From Elusimicrobiales bacterium (lineage in GTDB: Bacteria > Elusimicrobiota > Elusimicrobia > Elusimicrobiales > UBA9959): a DNA stretch of 64,000 nt. Below, piece after piece: positions 57,911-64,000 of this stretch. Numbering within the stretch: position 1 is the first letter of the stretch; the number at the start of each line of letters is the position of its first letter. The translations under genes and the position numbers were made by a program. Location of the stretch: NCBI GenBank assembly GCA_035353595.1, contig DAOPZW010000001.1, positions 1,099-65,098 on the forward strand, in the 5' to 3' direction. The notes beneath the pieces were generated by a model, which saw nothing but the letters and a program-made list of their open reading frames with translations, ran no database searches and was not told where the DNA came from.

Positions 57911-58213
57911 ATGGAAGCTAATGAAAAAGGGGTTTCGCGGCGCGACGCGCTCAGGCGGATGGCGAAAGTTACGATGGGCATCGGCATGGGCCTGCAGCTC
58001 GTAGGATCTTTTGTGCCGTCGGGGCACGCGGCGGTGACCGCGGCGCAGGGCGCCAGATTCAGTACAATAGGGCAGGTGTCCTCTCCCGCCATAGGCGTGG
58101 CGACGGCCGGCGCTGTGAACAGCGTCACCAGGGAGGGCTGCTATACGAACGGCGCCGGTTACAGCAATAACGGCTACCAGCCGTACAGCAAATACGTTAA
58201 CTGCAATCCGTAA
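57911..58213 (+). CDS. 100-aa precursor-like protein with twin-arginine signal peptide
   Basis: 'VSRRDALRRMAKV' is a Tat motif. Followed by the h-region 'TMGIGMGLQLVGSFV' and 'GHA|AV'. C-terminus 'REGCYTNGAGYSNNGYQPYSKYVNCNP' is Tyr/Asn/Gly-rich with two Cys 20 residues apart. AAGGAG RBS. Confidence 0.7.
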   Translation: MEANEKGVSRRDALRRMAKVTMGIGMGLQLVGSFVPSGHAAVTAAQGARFSTIGQVSSPAIGVATAGAVNSVTREGCYTNGAGYSNNGYQPYSKYVNCNP

Positions 58214-58223
58214 GCTGAACCTC

Positions 58224-58266
58224 GTTGCGCCGCGGCGGCCGCAGCGCCGCCGCGGCGCGGCGCAAC
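58224..58266 (+). promoter_or_regulatory. GC-rich intercistronic stem-loop after the precursor gene
   Basis: GTTGCGCCGCGGCGG...CCGCCGCGGCGC(GGCGC)AAC imperfect inverted repeat. No T-run follows, so it is more likely an attenuator or stabiliser than a full terminator. Confidence 0.45.
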
Positions 58267-58296
58267 CGGGGGAGACAAGACGAAGAAAAACACAAT

Positions 58297-59298
58297 ATGC
58301 CCAACATCCTGCTCACACAAAAATGCGTCCGTTCCTGTCCTTACTGTTTCGCCAAGAAACAGATGAACGACGGCGACAGCGGTGAAATAATAAAGTGGGA
58401 AGACATGGTTTACCTGGCGGACCTGTTCTCCCGGGGCGGCTGCCGCGAAATGCGGTTCCTGGGCGGCGAGCCCACGCTGCACCCGGCTTTCGCCGACTTT
58501 CTCGCCTATTCCCTGACGCGCGGTTTTTCCGTAACGGTCTTCAGCAGCGGCATCATGTCGGACAAGGTCAAAGAAGATCTGCGGCGGGTCTATAAGACCG
58601 TGCCGCAGGCCGACAAGAACGTTTCCTTTCTCTGCAACCTCAACGACCCCGAGCTGTCCCCGCCCGCCGAAAACAAGCGCGTCGAGGAATTCCTGGAAGA
58701 ATTCGGGGCCTGGGTGATGCCCGGCTTCAATATCTACCGGAAGGACTTCAGCCTGGATTTCCTGTTCCGCTATATCAACCGCTACGGCCTGCGGCGCTCC
58801 ATCCGGCTGGGCCTGACGCACCCGATCCTGGGCGAGAGCAATTCCTTTATAGCCATTCCCGAGATGCAGGGCATAGTGGACCGGCTGCTGGGCTACCTGC
58901 CGCAGTTCAACCAGCAGGACGTGGTGCCCGGGCTCGACTGCGGCTTCCCGATGTGCCTTTTCAGCGACAGCCAGCTGGGGCAGCTGTATAAAGCCACCAA
59001 GGGTTCCCAGAGATTTACCTGCGGTGTGCCGCTGGATATCGGGCCGGACATGACGGCCTGGGGCTGCTTCCCGCTGTCGGCCACGCACCGCAAATCCGTG
59101 TACGAATTCGACGATTATAACCAGATGACGGAATACTTTACGACTTTCGCGCAGGACATCAGAAAAGAGGCCGGCGGCATCTACGAGAAATGCGACGCCT
59201 GTACCTGGCGGAAAAAAGGCATGTGCGACGGCGGCTGCGCGGCGCATATGCTGCGCGAAATAGCCAAGGAGGGCGGCGTGCGCGCTTTCAAAATATGA
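58297..59298 (+). CDS. Radical SAM/SPASM-domain enzyme 1
   Basis: 'QKCVRSCPYCFAKK' is the CxxxCxxC motif. 'GGEPTLHP'. C-terminal 'CDACTWRKKGMCDGGCAAH' is a SPASM-like Cys cluster. Confidence 0.85.
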   Translation: MPNILLTQKCVRSCPYCFAKKQMNDGDSGEIIKWEDMVYLADLFSRGGCREMRFLGGEPTLHPAFADFLAYSLTRGFSVTVFSSGIMSDKVKEDLRRVYKTVPQADKNVSFLCNLNDPELSPPAENKRVEEFLEEFGAWVMPGFNIYRKDFSLDFLFRYINRYGLRRSIRLGLTHPILGESNSFIAIPEMQGIVDRLLGYLPQFNQQDVVPGLDCGFPMCLFSDSQLGQLYKATKGSQRFTCGVPLDIGPDMTAWGCFPLSATHRKSVYEFDDYNQMTEYFTTFAQDIRKEAGGIYEKCDACTWRKKGMCDGGCAAHMLREIAKEGGVRAFKI

Positions 59299-60131
59299 CA
59301 ACAGCGACAAAACGTGTTTTCGTGGTTCCCTTCAATGAAGCCGTGCTGGGTAAAACGGGTTCGCACCCGGTGGCCGTGCGCACCAACGATCCCGGCGAGA
59401 TAAGCCGCATAGCCGCTTCGGTCAGCGCCGACAGGCTGCATTGCATCGAGGTCAGCTCCGACAGCCTGGCCGGGCTGGACTTCAAGAAAGAATGGCTGGC
59501 GCTGCCGCTGGTGTTCCGCTTGAAACGCGCCGGGCGGCTGCTGGACAGCATTCCCGCGCTCGAAACCCTGCGCGGCGCCGCGGCCCGCTTCTATTTCCCG
59601 GCCACGCCTGAAAATATCACGGCGGCGCGCGTGCTGTCCTCGCTGATGGTGAAGACGGGGCTGCTGCTGGACGGCGAAGGCGCCGACTGGGACGCCCTGG
59701 AAGACCTGGTGGTCTACGATTCCTGCGGCAAAGTGCCGCACTCCTCCGTGGAGCCTTTCCGCTACGTGTACGCCGAGTATAAGAACCGGCAGGCGGATTA
59801 TAACGAGCTGTACCTGGAAAAAGAGGGCACCTTCTACCATTGCGACGCGCAGGGCAATGTGGCCCTTTCCGGCGCCGCGCTGGCCGGCGGCGACTTTATA
59901 GGCACGCTGGACAAAGCCGACGCCATAGACTTCTCCGCCTGCAGCCTGGCCGCCAGGGAAAAGCGCCGCGCCCCGCTGCTGAAATTCGAAGGCTGCGCGG
60001 TGTGCCCCGGCTGGCTGGCCTGCGGTTACCGCAACAGCGCCAAACCCGAAACCTGCGGCATGAAGCCGTTCATGACCGCGCTGCTGGACGCCGCCGAACA
60101 GGTGAATAAAAATGCCGACCATAATATTTAA
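59295..60131 (+). CDS. SPASM-only 'pseudo-rSAM' protein (no CxxxCxxC motif)
   Basis: 278 aa. ATGA overlap with the upstream stop. No N-terminal radical-SAM Cys triad, but a C-terminal 'CAVCPGWLACGYRNSAKPETC' cluster. Confidence 0.55.
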   Translation: MTTATKRVFVVPFNEAVLGKTGSHPVAVRTNDPGEISRIAASVSADRLHCIEVSSDSLAGLDFKKEWLALPLVFRLKRAGRLLDSIPALETLRGAAARFYFPATPENITAARVLSSLMVKTGLLLDGEGADWDALEDLVVYDSCGKVPHSSVEPFRYVYAEYKNRQADYNELYLEKEGTFYHCDAQGNVALSGAALAGGDFIGTLDKADAIDFSACSLAAREKRRAPLLKFEGCAVCPGWLACGYRNSAKPETCGMKPFMTALLDAAEQVNKNADHNI

Positions 60132-61221
60132 AGCTACCGAACGCTGCAACGCGAACTGCGCCTACTGCGACGTGGTGCGCAAGAAATGCGTGCCGGACAT
60201 GTCCATGGACATGCTGCGGCTGGTCTTCTCCCGGGCGGACGCGTTCCTGAAAGAAAGGCCCGCCGAGCATATCAACCTGACCTGGCACGGCGGGGAAGTG
60301 ATGATGCTGGGGGCCGATTACCTGAACGCGGCGGCGCGGCTGCAGGCCGAGTGCTGCCCGTCCACCAAAGACCGGATCTTCCATTCGGTGCAGTCCAACC
60401 TTACGCTGCTCGACGCCGGGCTGGTGGCCGCGCTGCGCAACCTGGGCATCAATAACGTCGGGACCAGCTACGACCCGCAGGACAATGTGCGCGGGTTCGG
60501 CAGCAGTCGGGATTCCGACAGCTACAATAAGCGCTTCTTCAGGGGCGTATCCCTGCTAGAGGAGAACGGCATGCAGTGGGGGCTTATCTACGTGGTCACC
60601 AAAAAGTCGCTGGCGGTGCCCGGCGAGTTGTTCCATTTTTTGACCAATATGACCAACGCCCTGATGATAAATCCCATCCTCACGCACGGCGGCGACGAGC
60701 TGGGCCTGGGCATAACGGCCGCGGAATACGCCGATTTCCTGGGCGAGATGTTCAAACTGTGGTGGCCGGCCCGGGACCGGTACGGCATGGTGCGGCCCTT
60801 CTCGGAATATTACGGCTACTATACGCGGCGCGAGACCGGGCTGGTCTGCACCCGCGGCGGCCAGTGCGGCAACAACCACATGTACATCGGCCCGCAGGGC
60901 CAGCTTTCGCATTGCAGCTGCTCCGCCGACTGGAGCCTGGTGGATTACGGCAATATCGCGGATACCACCATCGGCGAAGTTTTCGGCCGGCAGAAGCGCA
61001 AAGACTGGGCGGAGCGCGGCGCGGTGCTGGAGGCAGGGGACTGCAAGGACTGCCGCTTCTGGGGCATCTGCCACGGCGGCTGCCCGATGGATTCGCTGGC
61101 CGTGCACGGCGACCTGCGCCACAAGAGCGAGTGGTGCGACGGCACGAAACTGTTCCTGACCAAGTATTTCGAGCCGATAACAGGCTTACATTATGAAGGG
61201 GGCTCCGGCCATGGCAACTGA
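60112..61221 (+). CDS. Radical SAM/SPASM-domain enzyme 2 (anSME-like)
   Basis: 'TERCNANCAYCDV' is the CxxxCxxC motif. 'HGGEVMM'. C-terminal 'CTRGGQCGNNHMYIGPQGQLSHCSC' and 'GDCKDCRFWGICHGGCPMD' are SPASM clusters. Confidence 0.88.
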   Translation: MPTIIFKATERCNANCAYCDVVRKKCVPDMSMDMLRLVFSRADAFLKERPAEHINLTWHGGEVMMLGADYLNAAARLQAECCPSTKDRIFHSVQSNLTLLDAGLVAALRNLGINNVGTSYDPQDNVRGFGSSRDSDSYNKRFFRGVSLLEENGMQWGLIYVVTKKSLAVPGELFHFLTNMTNALMINPILTHGGDELGLGITAAEYADFLGEMFKLWWPARDRYGMVRPFSEYYGYYTRRETGLVCTRGGQCGNNHMYIGPQGQLSHCSCSADWSLVDYGNIADTTIGEVFGRQKRKDWAERGAVLEAGDCKDCRFWGICHGGCPMDSLAVHGDLRHKSEWCDGTKLFLTKYFEPITGLHYEGGSGHGN

Positions 61222-62062
61222 ACCGCAGTGGATAGATCCTACCGGCGGGCTGGGCGACGTGCTGCTGCTGTCGGGCGTGCTCAAGCTGGTCCACGACAGG
61301 ACGGGCAAGAAATACAACATGATCCGGCGCACTTCTTTCACCGAAATGCTGGCCGGGCATCCGGCCATAGACCGCATAGATTATTTGCCGGCTGGCGCCC
61401 CGGTGATGCCGGTGAAATACGGGCTCAGCGAAGAAGTGCAGACCGGCGGCACCCGGGCTTTCCAGATGCTGGCCAAGATGTTCGGCCTGGAGCTGCCGGC
61501 GCCGGAAACTTTATACCTGCCGATGGACGGGGTTTCGGATACGCTGCTGGCGGACATGATCCCGTGGCGGGAGAAGAACGTGGCCATAGTGCCGGACAGC
61601 ACGGCGCCGAAAAAAATGATGCCGGCGGCCAAATGGGAAAAGGTGGCCAAAGCGCTGGCCGACAGCGGGGCGCTGGTGGTGCAGTTCGGCAAGAAAGGGT
61701 CCGAAAAGATCAAGTACTCCTATTCGCTGGCCGGCGTGACCACGCCCAAAGAAGCGATACTGCTGCTCAAGCGCATGGACCTGCTGATAACGCCCGACAG
61801 TTTCCTGATGCACGCCGCGCACATGACCGGCACGCCGGCCATTTCCCTGTGGGGCCCCACCGAAGCCGACATCTACGGCTACCCGGACCAGCAGCGGCTG
61901 GTAGTTCCCTGCCAGCACGGCCCCGGGAAATGCCGGGTGGCCGACTTTTTCGGCAAATGCTCGGCGCCGGCGCACTGCATGGACAAGATAGACACGGACG
62001 AGATAGTGGCGCGCGCGCTGAAGCTGCTGGGCGGGCAGGGCGGCCGCGGGGGGAAAAAATGA
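61211..62062 (+). CDS. Glycosyltransferase family 9 (heptosyltransferase-like)
   Basis: 'PTGGLGDVLLLSGVL' N-terminal motif and 'LITPDSFLMHAAHMTGTPAISLWGPT' C-terminal GT9 motif. Overlaps the upstream gene by 11 nt. Confidence 0.7.
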   Translation: MATEPQWIDPTGGLGDVLLLSGVLKLVHDRTGKKYNMIRRTSFTEMLAGHPAIDRIDYLPAGAPVMPVKYGLSEEVQTGGTRAFQMLAKMFGLELPAPETLYLPMDGVSDTLLADMIPWREKNVAIVPDSTAPKKMMPAAKWEKVAKALADSGALVVQFGKKGSEKIKYSYSLAGVTTPKEAILLLKRMDLLITPDSFLMHAAHMTGTPAISLWGPTEADIYGYPDQQRLVVPCQHGPGKCRVADFFGKCSAPAHCMDKIDTDEIVARALKLLGGQGGRGGKK

Positions 62063-63240
62063 GCCTGAAGCCGTATGTTTTCCTGATGTGGCTGGCGCTG
62101 CTGCCGGCGCCGGCAGGCGCGGCGGTGCCCGAGGGCCAGCCGGCGCCGCGCGTGAGCATGCAGCTGCTTAAAGACGGCGCCGTTACCGATTTCCCCGGCT
62201 GGGCGGCGTACCGGGGCAAGGTGGTTGTGCTGGAACTGTGGGGCACCTGGTGCGCCCCTTGCGTGGTCTCCATTCCGCATTTTAACGGCTTGCAGAAAGC
62301 GCTGCAGGGTAAACCTGTGGAATTTATTTCCGTCACCGACGAGAGCGCGGCCCGCGTGGGGAAGTTCCTGGAGCAGCATCCGATGGCGGGCACCGTGGCC
62401 GTGGGCGGCGGGGAAGCCATCAGCGCTTTCGGCACGGGCCTGTTCCCGCAGACGGTGATAATAAGCAAAACCGGGACCGTGCTGCGCTATACCCAGCCCG
62501 AAGAACTTTCTGAGAAAGCCCTGGCCCGGCTGCTGGCTACCGGCTCAGCCGCCGGCATCAGGCGCATACTTCCCGACGTCGCTCCCGCGAAAAAGACGGC
62601 GCGCAGGACGCTGTTCGAGGTGCGCATAGACAGCATGTCCTGCGACGAGCCCGACAGTTTCGAGACCCAGGCCGGCCCCGCGGGCGTGACGCTGACCTGC
62701 AGCGGGGACCTGCGCCACGCGCTGTCGCAGGCTTACGGGATAAAGGAAAATAATATAGAGATCTCGTCCGCGCTGCCGCGGCAGAGCTTCAGCCTCACCG
62801 CGCGGTATCCGCAGGCTTCTGAGAAAATGTTCCGGTCTTTGCTGCGGCAGGCCGTAAAGACCGCTTACGGCGCAGAAGTGCGCGGCGTGAAAAAAGAAAA
62901 ACAGGTGCTGCTGCTCCGTTATGACAAAGAGACGCCGCACAGCGGCCTGCAGCCGGCCAAAGATAGCCGCGCCTCCGTAAGCGGCAGCAACCAGTCCGTC
63001 CGCGCGCAAGGCGCCCGGATGGACCAGATCGCGGGGATGCTTGAAAATATCTGCCGCCTGCCGGTACTGGACGAAACAGGGCTGGCCGGCGGCTACGATA
63101 TAGACATTGAATGGGAGCCGGCAACCCCGGAGGCGCTGGGCGCCGTTCTTAAAGAAAAGCTCGGCCTGACGCTGGTCCCCGCCAGCCGCGGGCTGGAGAC
63201 GCTGGAAGTCTACCCGGCCGGGGGAGAATCAGGTTCCTAA
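62059..63240 (+). CDS. Exported TlpA-like thioredoxin fused to a TIGR03435-type C-terminal domain
   Basis: Signal 'FLMWLALLPAPAGAA'. Redox motif 'WGTWCAPC'. C-terminal 'TLFEV...LRHALSQAYGI...LPVLDETGLAGGYDIDIEW...KLGLTLV' matches the TIGR03435 pattern. ATGA overlap with the GT9 stop. Confidence 0.7.
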   Translation: MSLKPYVFLMWLALLPAPAGAAVPEGQPAPRVSMQLLKDGAVTDFPGWAAYRGKVVVLELWGTWCAPCVVSIPHFNGLQKALQGKPVEFISVTDESAARVGKFLEQHPMAGTVAVGGGEAISAFGTGLFPQTVIISKTGTVLRYTQPEELSEKALARLLATGSAAGIRRILPDVAPAKKTARRTLFEVRIDSMSCDEPDSFETQAGPAGVTLTCSGDLRHALSQAYGIKENNIEISSALPRQSFSLTARYPQASEKMFRSLLRQAVKTAYGAEVRGVKKEKQVLLLRYDKETPHSGLQPAKDSRASVSGSNQSVRAQGARMDQIAGMLENICRLPVLDETGLAGGYDIDIEWEPATPEALGAVLKEKLGLTLVPASRGLETLEVYPAGGESGS

Positions 63241-63421
63241 AAAGCGCCGGCAGCCGCGCTGCGCAAAAATCCGCGCCAGGGTAAAAGGGGCTGAAACTTT
63301 CCCGATGCGCCACGTTAAGGATCTGCTGCCGGGAGCGGCAGGCCTCGCGATATGGCCGGGTATTTGAAATCCGGGACCGGGGGTGTCTTTTTTCTTTAAG
63401 TTTGGTAATATATACCTGTAC

Positions 63422-63492
63422 GGCGCGGTGGCCAAGTGGTAAGGCGGAAGTCTGCAAAACTTCTATTCGCGGGTTCGATTCCCGCCCGCGCC
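63422..63492 (+). tRNA. tRNA-Cys (GCA)
   Basis: Acceptor GGCGCGG/CCGCGCC. Anticodon stem GAAGT/ACTTC with loop CTGCAAA. T-arm GGGTTCGATTCCC. No encoded CCA. A T-run follows. Confidence 0.9.
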
Positions 63493-63547
63493 TTTTTTCT
63501 TTTTCAAATTAATCTGGAGGATGGGGAGGAACCCCCTTAACACGCCT

Positions 63548-64000
63548 ATGCACCTCAGCAGATTAGCACTGTCCCTCGGCCAGTCGGCCACGCTCAAACT
63601 AAATGAATTAGCCAATAACCTCAAAGCTGAGGGCAAGCCCGTAGTGCACCTGGGCGGCGGCGAACCCGAAGAGAAAATACCCGCCGGCGCCTTCGAAGAA
63701 AGCCGCAAAATGCTGGACGCGGGCTTTGTGCGCTATACGCCCGTTTCCGGCACCGCGCCGCTTAAAAAAGAGATCGTGGCCTATACCGAGCGGTATTACG
63801 GCGTGAAGCCCGGCCCCAAAAACATAGTGGTAGCTTCCGGCGCCAAGCAGGCTATTTATAATTTCCTTATTTCGGTGCTGGACCCCGGCGACCAGGTGAT
63901 CTTCCCCGCGCCTTACTGGGTGAGCTACCCGGAGATGGTGCGCCTGGCCCACGGCACGCCCGTGGTGGTGCGGCCCGCCGCCGGCCGGCTCCAGGTGGAC
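63548..64000 (+). CDS. Aspartate/aromatic-type class I aminotransferase (3'-truncated by the window end)
   Basis: Open frame from the ATG at 63548 to the window end. 'VVHLGGGEPEEKIP', 'YTPVSGTAPLKKEIVAY', 'VVASGAKQAIYN', 'PAPYWVSYPEM'. Confidence 0.75.
   Translation, partial: MHLSRLALSLGQSATLKLNELANNLKAEGKPVVHLGGGEPEEKIPAGAFEESRKMLDAGFVRYTPVSGTAPLKKEIVAYTERYYGVKPGPKNIVVASGAKQAIYNFLISVLDPGDQVIFPAPYWVSYPEMVRLAHGTPVVVRPAAGRLQVD

Noticed and set aside
57765-58004. 79-aa ORF overlapping the sigma-54 promoter and the precursor gene
   Set aside because: Its start lies upstream of the predicted transcription start (~57826). It has no RBS. The overlapping frame at 57911 has an AAGGAG RBS and a coherent Tat signal.
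53926-60149. Antisense or out-of-frame ORFs 53926..54858, 54201..55373, 56487..57686, 58174..59310, 59181..60149 and 60556..61122
   Set aside because: Each overlaps a gene with clear family motifs (POT transporter, membrane protein, rSAM genes). All have the Arg/Gly/Ala-rich composition of high-GC shadow frames.
61228-62058. N-terminal 277 aa of the 670-aa ORF 61228..63240
   Set aside because: This part is an out-of-frame read-through over the GT9 gene. The real product starts at 62059 (ATGA overlap) with a signal peptide and the WCAPC thioredoxin motif.

Overview
High-GC bacterial chromosomal segment with about 55 genes, one tRNA (Cys-GCA), and no rRNA or CRISPR array. All family calls come from motifs read by eye in the translations. 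No BLAST, HMM or folding was run.

Housekeeping genes:
- catalase
- monomeric isocitrate dehydrogenase (icd)
- class II prolyl-tRNA synthetase
- two aminotransferases
- GapN-like aldehyde dehydrogenase
- POT peptide transporter
- MacAB/HlyD/TolC-type efflux operon

Five things stand out.

1. A sigma-54-driven, translationally coupled RiPP-like operon at 57.7-63.2 kb. It encodes a 100-aa precursor with a twin-arginine (Tat) signal, two radical-SAM/SPASM enzymes, a SPASM-only 'pseudo-rSAM' protein, a GT9 glycosyltransferase and a periplasmic thioredoxin fusion. It ends next to tRNA-Cys.

2. A local sigma-54 regulon. Four near-identical -24/-12 promoters (TGGCATA-N4-TTGC) are present. Three of them are preceded by the same palindrome, TTTTCA-N2-TGAAAA. 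This links the RiPP operon to a sigma-54 response regulator, a short divergent RpoN paralogue and a DUF4097 operon.

3. Two paralogous 59/60-aa His-containing helical proteins, one below the ORF-track cutoff. Each sits directly downstream of a sigma-54 response regulator. I read them as minimal HPt-like phosphorelay modules.

4. A ~12.9 kb AT-richer island flanked by 483-bp direct repeats made of the icd 3' end plus its terminator. This resembles the e14 integration scar in E. coli icd, but no integrase is present. The island carries:
- a YefM/YoeB toxin-antitoxin pair
- a CPBP protease
- a sigma-54-controlled secreted protein
- a second regulator/mini-HPt pair
- an operon of small secreted peptide, radical SAM enzyme, transglutaminase-like protein, frameshifted peptide-binding protein and hybrid histidine kinase

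5. Two metalloproteases with T9SS-type C-terminal domains, one a 2218-aa M64/FN3-repeat/FISUMP protein. Each is paired with its own PorV-like outer-membrane barrel. A decayed IS3 element marks one boundary.

The gene content (FISUMP domain, TIGR02147-like regulator, PorV-like barrels, TIGR03435 domain) suggests an FCB-adjacent, Elusimicrobia-like or Acidobacteria-like lineage. The phylum cannot be determined from this sequence alone.
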